DNA of 64,000 bases from an uncultured virus (IMG/VR IMGVR_UViG_3300020073_000092) (IMGVR_UViG_3300020073_000092); one strand, 5' to 3'. Counted from the first letter of the stretch, positions 31,521-43,174 are shown. Notes: generated by a model from the letters alone, not told the origin. Translations and numbers: made by a program.

Positions 31521-31635
31521 TCAAAAGGATAATAGTTTGTTTATAATGTTAAGGATTTATATGTAATGTACGATTTTTGAATTTTAAAGAATCGTCCTAT
31601 ATAAAACTATTCTATATAATTTAGGAGTAACTAAA

Positions 31636-33051
31636 ATGCAGTATATAATATTTGGAACGGGTATGGCGGGCAAAGAACTCTTGAGTCACTTGAAGAAAGA
31701 AAATGTGGTGTATTTTTGCGACAATGATAAAAATAAAGTTGGGAGGAGAGTAGAAGATATAGAAATTATTTCTTTTGAGAGACTTAAAGAAATAAGTGAA
31801 ATATATCCAATCTATATAGCTATGAGTAGTTTTGCTCAAGCGCAGGTAAGAGAACAGTTAGAACAGGCAGGAATAACAAATTACATATTGTATGAAAATG
31901 ATAAAAAAAGAGAACCTAAAATAAGGCGTAAAGTTGATAGTGAAATCGATAAGCTTATATTAGAGATGAAAAAGAGGATGAAGACTATTGATCCAATAAT
32001 TAACTTTGCTGAATTTAAGTATCTTGTTAAAGAATGCAAAATGAGGAGTGAAGGAAAGGCGTTGTATAGTACAGGTCAGAGTGATACTGAATTGTATGGT
32101 TACGGCAAAGCGTTGATGGATTATGCTGAACTGCAATGTGATTATGATAAGTTCCCGATTGTTTCACATGGGGTAGATGTTATTTATCCAGGTGCGCTTC
32201 CTAGATTGCTTAATTTTTCAACTGCAACAATCGTATTTGGAAATCATTATAAAAAATTACATAATTCTGCAAGGCCGTATGTTCCTATTTTTTCTGTTGG
32301 ACCATATATAAAGTATGCATTGCCTAATTATTCAACGGAAAAACTAAATGAAATGAAATCTAGAAATGGGAAAACAGCGGTAGTATTCTTATCACATAGC
32401 ATAGAAGAGGTGAATATAAATTATGATGAAAGTGTAATTTTGAGACAGTTAGTAGATGGGTATGCGAAACAATATGATACGATAATTGCTTGCATTTATT
32501 GGCATGATATTGATAATGAATTTTGTGAGACTTTATATCGTAATGGCATTCAAATAGTATCAGCAGGGTTCAGGTGGGATGAACAATTTGTAAATCGACT
32601 TAAATCGATATTGACACTTGCTGATGCAGTTGTTTTCTATGGATTTACCACAGCTATTATTTTTGCTATAGCTATGAAGAAAAAAATAATTTATCATGAT
32701 ATAAATGTAAAATATGATGCGGAACCATCTTGTAAAATTTTTTTTGAAACATTTGAAAAAAAACGAGAAAAAAATAGATGGAAAAATAATCCATTATATC
32801 TAGAGGGGGATACATTGAAGTGGAATGATAATTGTTTAAATGAGTATTATGGCTTAAATATTTTTAAGTCAAAAAAAGAAATAAATTTGATTTATCGGGT
32901 GTGTTGCGATATATGGGAAAACTGTGAAATGATAGAAAGAAGTTATCCTATAGGTGTATATAGAACATATTTAAATTATCAAAAAAAATACGAGTATGAT
33001 AAATTAACTGTTTTATCAAGAGCGATGGGTCAAGGTGCGATTATAATATAA
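31636..33051 (+). CDS. Hypothetical glycan-modification protein with N-terminal small Rossmann-like domain
   Basis: IIFGTG...FCDND; AGGAG RBS. Confidence 0.6.
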   Translation: MQYIIFGTGMAGKELLSHLKKENVVYFCDNDKNKVGRRVEDIEIISFERLKEISEIYPIYIAMSSFAQAQVREQLEQAGITNYILYENDKKREPKIRRKVDSEIDKLILEMKKRMKTIDPIINFAEFKYLVKECKMRSEGKALYSTGQSDTELYGYGKALMDYAELQCDYDKFPIVSHGVDVIYPGALPRLLNFSTATIVFGNHYKKLHNSARPYVPIFSVGPYIKYALPNYSTEKLNEMKSRNGKTAVVFLSHSIEEVNINYDESVILRQLVDGYAKQYDTIIACIYWHDIDNEFCETLYRNGIQIVSAGFRWDEQFVNRLKSILTLADAVVFYGFTTAIIFAIAMKKKIIYHDINVKYDAEPSCKIFFETFEKKREKNRWKNNPLYLEGDTLKWNDNCLNEYYGLNIFKSKKEINLIYRVCCDIWENCEMIERSYPIGVYRTYLNYQKKYEYDKLTVLSRAMGQGAIII

Positions 33052-33116
33052 ATTTCTTCTGTTACTTGTACTTGAATTTAAGTAGAATTAAAAGTATCTG
33101 CAAATTAGGTGGGAAA

Positions 33117-34277
33117 ATGGGAAAATATAATGTTTTAAATATACTGCATGAAATGCGAACCTATGGTGTTACAATTTATGGTGCTGGCAGTCGTGGAAAT
33201 AGAGCATATGAAATATTGACTGAAAATGGGTATTACATTAAACATATTATTGATAAGTGCGAAGAAAAAAAGCTGGGAGGAATGAGTGTAAAAAAAATAT
33301 CAGAGTTTACAGGTAGAGATGATTCGGTTTGTGTAATAACACCATTATTAGATATTAATGAATATGAGAAGATTAGGATGGAACTGGATAAAATTTTTTT
33401 TATTTCAGTAGACATGAGATTGATAGATTGGCTTGAATCTGGTATACCTAAAAATGATGGCGTAATAAATTATTGTATGTCAAGACCTTTTAATCATTAT
33501 GAATCACCGTTTCCCAATAGAATGGAATATGAGTGTTCGTTAAAATGGGCAGAGATGCCATGTGACGTAGAACTAAATATAGAGAGACAATTATCGTTTG
33601 CAAAACATATCGGAAAGTGTACTAATGAATATCGAAAAAAATATAATAAAGAATTTAGATTCCAAAGTAATAATATGTTTGATGCTGGAGAGGCAATGGT
33701 TTATCACAGTATGATTCGATATTTTTGTCCTAAACGTATTACAGAGATAGGTAGTGGTTATTCCACTGCTGTTGCGTTAGATACTATTGAATTTTGGAAT
33801 GACTGTAAAAGTATAATTTATTGTATTGAGCCATATCCATCTAGGCTATTTAGAATACTTAAGAGGGATGACAATAAAAGAATGGAATTGCATAAGTGTT
33901 TTTTACAAAATGTATCATTAACTAGTTTTGAAGAACTAGAAGAAAACGATATTCTTTTTATTGATTCTTCACATGTGTCAAAAAGCGGCGGCGATGTAGT
34001 TATGGAGTATCTGCAAATACTGCCAAGATTAAAACCGGGAGTAGTGATTCATATTCATGACATATTTTATCCTTTCTGTTATCCAGCTGAATGGATAGCG
34101 GAGGGGAGACCTTACAATGAAGCATTTATATTACAGGCCTTTTTAATGGGGAATAATGATTATGAGATATTATTTTGGGAAGATTACTTCGAAAAACACC
34201 ATACTGATGAGTGGAAAGAAAATTGTGGGGGGGATTTGCCAGGAGGGAGCAGTTTTTGGATGAGAAAAATTAGATGA
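33117..34277 (+). CDS. SAM-dependent methyltransferase (Methyltransf_24-like)
   Basis: EIGSGYST, LFIDSSH and IHIHDI motifs. Confidence 0.85.
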   Translation: MGKYNVLNILHEMRTYGVTIYGAGSRGNRAYEILTENGYYIKHIIDKCEEKKLGGMSVKKISEFTGRDDSVCVITPLLDINEYEKIRMELDKIFFISVDMRLIDWLESGIPKNDGVINYCMSRPFNHYESPFPNRMEYECSLKWAEMPCDVELNIERQLSFAKHIGKCTNEYRKKYNKEFRFQSNNMFDAGEAMVYHSMIRYFCPKRITEIGSGYSTAVALDTIEFWNDCKSIIYCIEPYPSRLFRILKRDDNKRMELHKCFLQNVSLTSFEELEENDILFIDSSHVSKSGGDVVMEYLQILPRLKPGVVIHIHDIFYPFCYPAEWIAEGRPYNEAFILQAFLMGNNDYEILFWEDYFEKHHTDEWKENCGGDLPGGSSFWMRKIR

Positions 34278-34316
34278 TTATATATGATAAAAATTAATAA
34301 GATGGAAGTGAGATAT

Positions 34317-35504
34317 ATGGAAGATGTACATGTCTGCTTTTCTATTCATGATGAAAAAGGTGATTATTGCAAGTATTTAGGTATTGCTTTGGTTTCTATG
34401 CTGGAAAATACCAATTGCAATCCGCATATTCATATAGTACTGGATTCATCGGTAAGTAAAGTAAATCGTGACAGACTTAGTGACTTAAGTAAACAATACG
34501 ATTGCAATATATATTTTCATGAAATTGATAATGCAAGATTGAATCTCTTTAAAGATGCGGTGAAAATATATAGCATAGGTACATTGTTTAGATTTTTTAT
34601 GGTGGAGGCATTACCGACTTCTTTAAGTAAAATTTTATACTTGGATGACGATTTGGTTGTTAATATAGATGTCGAGGAATTATGGAATATCGATTTAGGA
34701 ATAAATACTATAGGCGCATGTAGGGACCAAGGGGTTAATGATTTGAAAATTCCACCTGGTCCGTGCTTGCAAAAACGTGTTCTAGTGGAAGATTATTTTA
34801 ATCAAGGTGTGTTAATAATAAATTTAGATAAGTTAAGAGAATATGATGATTTTTTAAAAATGTGCATAGATGTTTTAGCAGCACATACTGATTACAAGTT
34901 TTTGGACCAAGATGTGTTTAATGATATTTTTAATGGCAAAGTGAAGTACATACCAGAAAAGTTTAATGTTTTTACTAGATATGTAAGGAAAAATAATGTG
35001 AAAGAATGTGAATGCATACTTCATTTTAGTGCAGATTATGAAAACCCAGAGAGCAATTGTTGGATTGATAAGAAATTGTTTGAACATTGGGGGAGATCTG
35101 CTTGGGGCATGGAGATGTATGATTACTTTCACTCTTGCATCAAGCGTAAGAACAATGCAATAGAACTTTCCAAGAGAATAATATATGTATTATCTTCTGG
35201 AAAGAGAACACTATTTATATGGGGAGTAAATAGTGTTCTAAGGAACGAATTAGAGTTGAATTATAATATATGCAAGAACGTGGAAGCTTATGTTGATAGT
35301 GACACAGCGATGATGGGGATGCAGATAAATGGGAAGGATATATGTTCTCCAGATGTATTGAATCAGGAAATATATAGGAATGCTTTTGTAATTGTTTTAT
35401 CACATCGCTATTACGAGGAGATAAAGTGTGAATTGGAAAAAATGGGGAAAATTGAAAATAGTGATTTTGTTGATGGTGCAATTTTGTTGGAGAAGCGAAA
35501 ATAA
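34317..35504 (+). CDS. GT8 family glycosyltransferase
   Basis: LYLDDD, YFNQGV and DQDVFN motifs. Confidence 0.88.
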   Translation: MEDVHVCFSIHDEKGDYCKYLGIALVSMLENTNCNPHIHIVLDSSVSKVNRDRLSDLSKQYDCNIYFHEIDNARLNLFKDAVKIYSIGTLFRFFMVEALPTSLSKILYLDDDLVVNIDVEELWNIDLGINTIGACRDQGVNDLKIPPGPCLQKRVLVEDYFNQGVLIINLDKLREYDDFLKMCIDVLAAHTDYKFLDQDVFNDIFNGKVKYIPEKFNVFTRYVRKNNVKECECILHFSADYENPESNCWIDKKLFEHWGRSAWGMEMYDYFHSCIKRKNNAIELSKRIIYVLSSGKRTLFIWGVNSVLRNELELNYNICKNVEAYVDSDTAMMGMQINGKDICSPDVLNQEIYRNAFVIVLSHRYYEEIKCELEKMGKIENSDFVDGAILLEKRK

Positions 35505-35568
35505 ATATTAATATTGAATAGAGATAATGAACCCTGAGATGTAAAGAAATATAATTGGAGGTATAAGA

Positions 35569-36762
35569 GTGTTGCCTTTGGTCAGTATTATTGTTCCAAT
35601 TTATAATATGGAGAAGTATTTAAGGAAATGCATAGATAGTGCCATTGGTCAGTCATACAATGAAATTGAAATTATATTGGTAGATGATGGTTCTAGTGAT
35701 AAATCTGGAGAAATTTGTGACGAATATTCTGGCAGAAATAGTAATATTAAAGTTATTCATAAGCATAATCAAGGCTTGGTCAGTGCAAGGAAGGATGGTC
35801 TCACCATAAGTTCTGGTGATTTCATAGTTCCTTTAGATGCTGATGACTGGATTGAGCCATATATGATAGAAGAAATGATGGATAAAATGACTGCAGAAAA
35901 AATCGATATGGCTCAATGCGGTTTGGTATGGGAGTATGCTGATGGGAAAAAATTTATAAATGATGACATTATTGCTGAGGGAATGTACGACTTAGCTTTG
36001 GATTATAACAGGATATACAGAAATTTATTTACTTTGGAAGATGACCAATCTAGAAATGGTATGAGACTAAACATATGCTCATGTATTTTTAAGAGAGAGG
36101 TATTGATTGCATCCCAAAAGCATGTACCGGATAAGCTATGCAATGGTGAGGATGATGCATTGTTTTTTGTAACCATGCTTCAATCACAGCGGTTTTATAA
36201 ATTTGAACATCCATATTACCATTCCTTAGTTAGAAACGAATCTATGTCTAGGTCGGCTAAAATGTTCAACCCCAATCAGGTGTTTATGATAGAAAATACA
36301 GTACGTCCTATTTTAGATAAGCATAAACAAAAAAGCAATATTGAGTTTTTGTTCAATAGATATTTGCTTAATATGTTGAATCTTTACGCAGGAGTAATAT
36401 GGGGGTGTTCGTACAAAAAAATGTATAATATCGACATTTCTACAATTCCGTTAAGATCGAAAATTGTATTATATGGTGCTGGAGAGGTAGGACAGTCATT
36501 ATATTATATTTTTAAAAATAAGTATAGTATTGTTGCTTGGCTAGATGAAAGAAAGAGAAGTGCGGTTGGTGTAAAAATTGAACGTGTGAATGTTATTCTT
36601 AATTTGGAATTTGATTATGTTATTTTAGCTTCCGCAAAAAGTGATGTCCTTGATGATATGGATAGAATGTTACTGGGGTTGGGTGTATCAAAAAATAAAA
36701 TAGTTAAAAAGAGAGCAGAGGTGATAAATGAAAATGCTTGTTGTGTAGTAGATTCGGTTTAA
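35569..36762 (+). CDS. GT2 family glycosyltransferase
   Basis: SIIVPIYN, VDDGSSD, DADD and GED motifs. Confidence 0.9.
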   Translation: MLPLVSIIVPIYNMEKYLRKCIDSAIGQSYNEIEIILVDDGSSDKSGEICDEYSGRNSNIKVIHKHNQGLVSARKDGLTISSGDFIVPLDADDWIEPYMIEEMMDKMTAEKIDMAQCGLVWEYADGKKFINDDIIAEGMYDLALDYNRIYRNLFTLEDDQSRNGMRLNICSCIFKREVLIASQKHVPDKLCNGEDDALFFVTMLQSQRFYKFEHPYYHSLVRNESMSRSAKMFNPNQVFMIENTVRPILDKHKQKSNIEFLFNRYLLNMLNLYAGVIWGCSYKKMYNIDISTIPLRSKIVLYGAGEVGQSLYYIFKNKYSIVAWLDERKRSAVGVKIERVNVILNLEFDYVILASAKSDVLDDMDRMLLGLGVSKNKIVKKRAEVINENACCVVDSV

Positions 36763-36784
36763 GATTATTATGGAGGAATGCTAT

Positions 36785-37933
36785 ATGGCAGAAAAAATGA
36801 TAAATTTTAATGAGCCACCAATTATTTCTTCTGGAAATAAATATGTTGTAGATGCTATAGCCTGTGGAAAACTTAGTGGCGATGGTAAATATACCAAGAA
36901 ATGTAGCAGGTGGTTAGAAGAAAACTTTAATTGTAACAAAGTTTTACTTACAACGTCATGTTCAATGGCTCTAGATATGGCAGCGATATTGTGCGATGTA
37001 AAGCCGGGAGATGATGTTATTCTTCCAAGTTTTACTTTTTCGTCAACTGCAAACTCGTTTGCATTACGAGGGGCAAATCTTGTATTTATTGATATTGATC
37101 CTAAAACCATGAATATGGATGCTGACTTGTTGGAAAAAGCAATAAATAATAATACAAAAGTAATTATACCAGTTCATTATGCAGGTATATCTTGTGATAT
37201 GGATGCGATAATGTCTATAGCAAAAAAACATGATATATTTGTGGTTGAAGATGCAGCACAAGGAGTTATGAGTACCTATAAAGATAAAGCTTTGGGAACT
37301 ATGGGAGATTTGGGATGCTATTCATTTCATGAGACCAAGAATTTTTCAATGGGTGAAGGAGGGGCGTTATTAATTAACAATGAAAAGTTAATAAAGCGAG
37401 CTGAAATTATTAGAGAGAAAGGCACCAACCGAGCACAGTTCTTAAGAGGAGAGATTGACAAATATACTTGGGTTGATTTGGGTGATAGTTTTCTGCCAAG
37501 TGATTTAAATGCTGCTTACCTATGGGGGCAATTGGAAGTTGCCGATGATATAACAAAAAAAAGGATGCACATATGGGAAAAATATTATAATGCGTTTAAA
37601 GAATATGAAAAAGAGAATCGTGTAGAATTGCCTAATGTGCCTAGTAATTGTAAACATAATGCACATTTATTTTACATTAAATTTAAGGATATTGAGGAAA
37701 GAACAGAATATATTAAATTTATGAAGGGAAATGGAATTGCATGTACATTCCATTATGTACCATTGCATTCAGCACCAGCAGGACTGAAATATGGTGGCTT
37801 TTCAGGAGAAGACAACTTTACAACTAGAGAAAGTAAAAGATTGGTACGGCTTCCTTTACACTATAATCTTGAAGATGAAGACATCGAATATGTTATATCA
37901 TGTACAAAAAAATTCGTGGAAATGATTGAATAA
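36785..37933 (+). CDS. wecE: dTDP-4-amino-4,6-dideoxygalactose transaminase
   Basis: SGDGKYT, SFHETKN, EKGTNR..F.RG..DKYTW and FHYVPLH motifs. Confidence 0.93.
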   Translation: MAEKMINFNEPPIISSGNKYVVDAIACGKLSGDGKYTKKCSRWLEENFNCNKVLLTTSCSMALDMAAILCDVKPGDDVILPSFTFSSTANSFALRGANLVFIDIDPKTMNMDADLLEKAINNNTKVIIPVHYAGISCDMDAIMSIAKKHDIFVVEDAAQGVMSTYKDKALGTMGDLGCYSFHETKNFSMGEGGALLINNEKLIKRAEIIREKGTNRAQFLRGEIDKYTWVDLGDSFLPSDLNAAYLWGQLEVADDITKKRMHIWEKYYNAFKEYEKENRVELPNVPSNCKHNAHLFYIKFKDIEERTEYIKFMKGNGIACTFHYVPLHSAPAGLKYGGFSGEDNFTTRESKRLVRLPLHYNLEDEDIEYVISCTKKFVEMIE

Positions 37934-37956
37934 GACTGAAGTATAGAATTAAGTAG

Positions 37957-39354
37957 GTGCCTCTTATGAAATCGGCAAAAAATGATTATCCAATAATTAG
38001 TATCATAGTTCCAGTATATAATGCATCGTACTATCTCTGTGATTGCCTGGATTCAATTGCTGCTCAAACATTCAATGATTTTGAGTGTATTTTGATAGAC
38101 GATGGCTCTACGGATGGTTCTGGCGCAATATGTGATAGATATGCAAAATTAGATGATAGGTTTAAAGTCGTACATCAATCAAATAGAGGGGCACATGCTG
38201 CACGGTTGGCTGGATATAGGCATTCCAAAGGGTTTTTTATTGGATTTGTGGATAGTGATGATTGGATAGAGCCAGATATGTATGAAAAGCTTGTTTCTGC
38301 TATGCATGATGATGTCGACATATCAATGGTTTGCTTTGTTCAGGAATGTCAGGGTAGTCCTTTGATGGAAACTCGAGAAAAATGGGGTGAGACTGCCATT
38401 AATGCTAAAGATGCTTTAGCACAGTCTCTTACTAGAAGAGTTTTCGGATGGGAATTGTGGTGTAAACTATTTAGAAAAGAATTGTTTGATGAAAGTATTT
38501 TCCATACAGAGCTAAGTGTGGGTGATGACTTGGTAACATCTTGCCTTTTATTTTTGAGGGCAAACAAAGTAATGTATATGCCGTGTGATTTGTATCATTA
38601 CCGTTTGCATCCGCAAAGTATGACACATATTGATAATATGTACACTTCATTGAAATTAATAGAGGCAATAAAGAGCCTATTGTTGTCTTATAGTAATTTT
38701 GATATATTCATTACTGATTACTTGTTGTATTGGCACTCGTATTTGATAGTTGGGAATCTATTGTATTCGTACAGTTCGAACGAAAATAGTATTATTTATA
38801 AAAAGTTGTTTTCGGAATTGAAGTGGTCATTGTCAAAAATAAATGATAAGGGACTTGATAGAAGAGAAAAGCTATTTGTAAAATTTGTTATGCACTCAGA
38901 ATATGATGGATTTCTTAATAAGATGAAAACAAGAAATAGAGTGAAATGTTGTTTTTTTGCGGGGGATAAGGAAGTGTATATATATGGTGCCGGGAAAATG
39001 GGAAATAAACTTCGTGAGAGTCTTGTTGAAATGGGGATTAAAATTAAAGGTTTTATAATATCTAAAAAGACGGATGATATAAAGGAAGTAGCTGGGGTTA
39101 AATTATATTCTTTGAACGAATTGCTTGATAATTTATCACGCATATGTATTTTTCTTGGAGTGTCTGTTTACTATATAGATGAAATAAAAGAAATTCTATT
39201 AAAAAATGGAGCAAAACATATTTATTGGCCACCTATGATGAAATATGGGCAATTGGATAATAAAGGTCTTGATAGGGCAAGAAATAAATTACTATATTTA
39301 CAAAAAGCACGCGAAGGGATGTATTATGAAGGGAACGATGGACGGATTTATTGA
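37957..39354 (+). CDS. GT2 family glycosyltransferase
   Basis: SIIVPVYN, IDDGSTD and VDSDD motifs. Confidence 0.9.
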   Translation: MPLMKSAKNDYPIISIIVPVYNASYYLCDCLDSIAAQTFNDFECILIDDGSTDGSGAICDRYAKLDDRFKVVHQSNRGAHAARLAGYRHSKGFFIGFVDSDDWIEPDMYEKLVSAMHDDVDISMVCFVQECQGSPLMETREKWGETAINAKDALAQSLTRRVFGWELWCKLFRKELFDESIFHTELSVGDDLVTSCLLFLRANKVMYMPCDLYHYRLHPQSMTHIDNMYTSLKLIEAIKSLLLSYSNFDIFITDYLLYWHSYLIVGNLLYSYSSNENSIIYKKLFSELKWSLSKINDKGLDRREKLFVKFVMHSEYDGFLNKMKTRNRVKCCFFAGDKEVYIYGAGKMGNKLRESLVEMGIKIKGFIISKKTDDIKEVAGVKLYSLNELLDNLSRICIFLGVSVYYIDEIKEILLKNGAKHIYWPPMMKYGQLDNKGLDRARNKLLYLQKAREGMYYEGNDGRIY

Positions 39355-41335
39355 TAAAAAAATAATAGTTTACGGGACGGGTTTAAATGCGAAATCATTT
39401 ATAATTAAATATCGAGAAGTGCTAGATATTATTTGTTGTTTGGATAAAGTAAGACGATTTGGTGATTGTGCTGGTATTCCTATTAAGAATTGGGCAGAAA
39501 TTGAAATAGGAACGGCAGATTGTATTGTTGTTGCTGCAACTGATAAGTATATAAGAGAGATATATTTTCGTATTATATACGATTGTGACAGGAACAAGCT
39601 TGACATTTATGACTGGCGTGGGGTAAATCTGAGAGATGTTTATAGTTATGAATATGTACCTTATAATGTTCGTCCTTTTTTGAAGAATGAGAGAATGGAA
39701 ATGCTGAAAAGAGCCATAGATGACCACGAGGCCATAAGTTTTGATTTGTTTGATACCCTTATAATGCGCAGGACTATGGAGCCTGAGGATGTTTTCAAAA
39801 TAGTAGCAGCTCATTTGGAAGATTCTTGCCCTGTTAAGGACGAATTTTTTCTTTTGCGTAAGAGTTGTGAATTAGAAGTCAATGCGGTGGTATATGGTTT
39901 TGATGAAATATATAGGAGAATCGAAAAGAAAGCCGGATTGAAGGTACATGAACTTGACTATATTGCCGAAATGGAAATAGCCATTGAAAAAGAAGTGATG
40001 GTTCCAAGGAATGGAATGAAGGAAATACTTGAATACGCAGTAAGCAAGGGAAAAAGAGTAAATATTATTTCAGATATGTATTTGAGTGTTCAGGTTCTGG
40101 AAGATTTAATTAATCACTTGGGTATTCAAGGATATGAATATATATTCGTGTCATGTGAACATAAAGCAAGCAAAGGAGGAGAACTTTTTGATATATATAA
40201 AGAAAAAATAAAGGCGAATTCCTACCTACACATAGGTGATAATCAATATGCGGATGGGGAATGTGCATTATTACATGGGATAGATGTATTTATGATTCCA
40301 TCAGGTATTGATCTGCTGCGTGCATCTCCGTTGCGCAAAATATTATATTATGCAAAGGGGGATGCAAACCGAAGGTTGATTGGTGAGTGCATTGCAGAGT
40401 TGTTTCAAGATCCGTTCTGTCTTTGCGGGGCAGGAGGGAGGATACCCGTTGCGTTACCGCATATTCTCGCCAGTTGCTTCATTGCACCTATTGTTTATAA
40501 ATATTTAGAAGCTCTTATAAACGAGGTGAAGCAAAAGAAATATAATAAAGTCTTGCTTGGAGCCAGAGATGGATATATTTTCGACAGAATAATCAAGGAG
40601 GTGCCATTGGGATTAAAGGCTGATGATTTTGTCTATATGTATGTTTCACGTACCTTGGCCTTTCAATTGGGTTTAGGGACTACGGCGGTAGACGAAGACT
40701 ACAAAAAATATTTGGAAGTCGATGACCGTAGAAAAATCGAGCAGGATAAAGACTTCCTTAGTGGAAAAGAAAAAATTCCTTACAGACATACAAAAGAAAA
40801 CTATACAAAATATCTTCGACGACTGGGTGTTACGCTGTCTGGAAAATATTTATTCTGTGATTTGATTTCAGGTGGGACGGTACAGCATTCGATTCAAGGA
40901 ATGTTTTCAAAAGGCTTGGATGGATTTTACCTAGGAAGATCTTTTAATTATCAGCATCGTGAAATATCGTATGTCAGTGTGTTTGAACGTGGAGAAATTC
41001 CTAATGACCAGTTGTTAGTAGATTGCTTGGAGACATTTGTGGTATCTCCAGAAACAACAGTGACTGGTATGGATTCTCAGGGAGAATTCTTGTTTGCAGA
41101 TGAAAAAAGAAGTAAGTCGGAGTTAGTGCTTTTGTCGAAAGTGCAGGATGAAATTGTAGTGGCTGTAAAAGGCATTGCAGATCTTGCTGCAACTTGTGAA
41201 GGGAAAATAGATAAAATGCTAACTTACATGCTTTTACGTGGTGTCGAATACATTGAACCTATAGGTCAATTATCACAATTGAAGGAATGGATTTACTATG
41301 ATAATAATGGCGAACAGACAAGGCTTTTTGTATGA
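39326..41335 (+). CDS. HAD-superfamily protein of polysaccharide loci
   Basis: SFDLFDTL, ISDMY, HIGDN..AD and ARDG motifs; start codon uncertain. Confidence 0.8.
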   Translation: MKGTMDGFIDKKIIVYGTGLNAKSFIIKYREVLDIICCLDKVRRFGDCAGIPIKNWAEIEIGTADCIVVAATDKYIREIYFRIIYDCDRNKLDIYDWRGVNLRDVYSYEYVPYNVRPFLKNERMEMLKRAIDDHEAISFDLFDTLIMRRTMEPEDVFKIVAAHLEDSCPVKDEFFLLRKSCELEVNAVVYGFDEIYRRIEKKAGLKVHELDYIAEMEIAIEKEVMVPRNGMKEILEYAVSKGKRVNIISDMYLSVQVLEDLINHLGIQGYEYIFVSCEHKASKGGELFDIYKEKIKANSYLHIGDNQYADGECALLHGIDVFMIPSGIDLLRASPLRKILYYAKGDANRRLIGECIAELFQDPFCLCGAGGRIPVALPHILASCFIAPIVYKYLEALINEVKQKKYNKVLLGARDGYIFDRIIKEVPLGLKADDFVYMYVSRTLAFQLGLGTTAVDEDYKKYLEVDDRRKIEQDKDFLSGKEKIPYRHTKENYTKYLRRLGVTLSGKYLFCDLISGGTVQHSIQGMFSKGLDGFYLGRSFNYQHREISYVSVFERGEIPNDQLLVDCLETFVVSPETTVTGMDSQGEFLFADEKRSKSELVLLSKVQDEIVVAVKGIADLAATCEGKIDKMLTYMLLRGVEYIEPIGQLSQLKEWIYYDNNGEQTRLFV

Positions 41336-41358
41336 TATAGAGATAATGGGGTGATTAC

Positions 41359-42075
41359 ATGGCAAATATTGCACTTCTGATTGCAGGCGGCTCAGGCAAC
41401 CGTATGAAGCAGGACATTCCCAAGCAATTTCTTACAGTCAATGAAAGGCCTGTTATAGTCTATACGTTGGAAGCTTTTGAAAAGCATCCGGAAATAGATG
41501 AGATTGCGGTAGTGTGTTTGGAAAGCTGGGAAAATGTACTGTGGGCTTATGCGAAGCAATTTAATATTAATAAGCTTAAATATGTTACCAAGGGAGGAAA
41601 GAACGGGCAGGATTCTATACGCAATGGTGTGTTCGGACTAGAGAAGTGTCACGACAAGGATGATATAGTTCTGATTCATGATGCTATTAGGCCGATGATT
41701 TCAGCGGACATTATTTCGGACAACATCCGTGTATGTCGGGAGTATGGGAATGCTATTACTGTAATCCCGTGTGCAGAGGCAATGCTTCGTACTGAAGACG
41801 GTCTGGAATCATCGGCACTCTATCCTCGGGATAATCTGAAAAGAACACAGACTCCACAGGCATTCAAATTAGGTGAAATTTGTGATCTTCACCGCAGGGC
41901 ATTGAAGGCTGGTATTACAAATTCAGTGGCCTCCTGCACGTTGAAGGTAGAGATGGGAGAGAAGGTGTTTTTCTCCAGGGGTTCCGAGAAGAATATCAAG
42001 TTGACTACCGTGGAGGATATTGATATCTTTAAAGCATTGCTTATGGCCAAGAGGTCGGACTGGTTGAAGGGATAA
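41359..42075 (+). CDS. IspD/TarI family cytidylyltransferase
   Basis: AGGSGNRM..PKQF, HDAIRP, QTPQ and NIKLTT motifs. Confidence 0.9.
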   Translation: MANIALLIAGGSGNRMKQDIPKQFLTVNERPVIVYTLEAFEKHPEIDEIAVVCLESWENVLWAYAKQFNINKLKYVTKGGKNGQDSIRNGVFGLEKCHDKDDIVLIHDAIRPMISADIISDNIRVCREYGNAITVIPCAEAMLRTEDGLESSALYPRDNLKRTQTPQAFKLGEICDLHRRALKAGITNSVASCTLKVEMGEKVFFSRGSEKNIKLTTVEDIDIFKALLMAKRSDWLKG

Positions 42076-42076
42076 C

Positions 42077-43147
42077 ATGAAACTTTACAATAACGAACAA
42101 TGGGTGGCTGATATTGATGAGGTAATATCTGTCGTGCCTGAATTAAATGAGTTGATGGGATGCAAGGTCATGATTACAGGCAGTACTGGTCTTATTTGTT
42201 CAGCTGTTGTGGATGTCTTGGCACGTTGGAATGCTACCCATGTTGAGAAGATAGGCATAATTGCAACAGGTAGAAATGAAACAGGTGTAAGTTCAAGATT
42301 TTCTTATCTGATTAATGAGCCTTGGTTTGAAGTAATGGCCTATGATGCTGTTTTCCCAGTTTTGCCTAAAGATTTTTCATGTAACTACATTATTCATGGT
42401 GGAGGAAATGCATCGCCCAACAAAATAGTGAGTGAGCCTGTGGAAACGATGATGGGGAATTTTCTGGGAACACAATGTTTGCTTGAATACGCTAGAGAAT
42501 ACAGTCTGAAACGTCTGCTGTATATATCCAGTTCGGAGGTTTATGGACATTCAGAGGGGGGCAAGCCGTTCAAAATTTATGATTATGGTTATGTTGACCT
42601 CTTACAGCCTCGCAGTTCATATGCCTTAGGAAAAAGAGCTGCGGAGACATTGTGTGTATCCTATGGGGCGGAATGGGGCGTTGACTCGGTGATTGTCAGG
42701 CCGGGGCATATATACGGTCCTACAGCACGTGAATCAGATAACAGAGTTTCCTCTGTTTGGGCTTATGCAGCAGCGCGGGGCGAAGACATAGTCATGAAAA
42801 GTAATGGCGCACAAATTAGAAGCTATTGCTATGTGCTTGATTGTGTGACAGCCATACTTAAGGTGCTGTTGCGTGGTAAATCCATGAATGCCTATAATAT
42901 TTCGAATCCAGATGCTGTCATAAGTATTAAGCAACTGGCAGAACTGTTGACTCAGGTTGGAGATTGCTCACTACGTATTGAGTTGCCCAGTGAAACTGAC
43001 AAGAAGGGGTTCAATCCTATGCTGAATTCATCCTTGGATGCAAGTGAACTAATGGCATTGGGATGGCGAGGCCGATTTGATGCTCCAAAAGGTATTAGCC
43101 ATACAGTTGATATTTTAAGGTCAATATTATCGACAAGAAATGTATAG
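42077..43147 (+). CDS. NAD-dependent epimerase/reductase (extended SDR), probably the CDP-alditol synthesis partner
   Basis: TGSTGLI, SSSEVYG and YALGK motifs. Confidence 0.85.
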   Translation: MKLYNNEQWVADIDEVISVVPELNELMGCKVMITGSTGLICSAVVDVLARWNATHVEKIGIIATGRNETGVSSRFSYLINEPWFEVMAYDAVFPVLPKDFSCNYIIHGGGNASPNKIVSEPVETMMGNFLGTQCLLEYAREYSLKRLLYISSSEVYGHSEGGKPFKIYDYGYVDLLQPRSSYALGKRAAETLCVSYGAEWGVDSVIVRPGHIYGPTARESDNRVSSVWAYAAARGEDIVMKSNGAQIRSYCYVLDCVTAILKVLLRGKSMNAYNISNPDAVISIKQLAELLTQVGDCSLRIELPSETDKKGFNPMLNSSLDASELMALGWRGRFDAPKGISHTVDILRSILSTRNV

Positions 43148-43174
43148 TAATATCGTTACTGAGGAGAAGTGGCT

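Noticed and set aside
41359..42075. Housekeeping ispD (likewise manA and rpe at 49.9-51.4 kb)
   Set aside because: Glycan-locus context suggests specialised paralogs, so gene symbols were withheld
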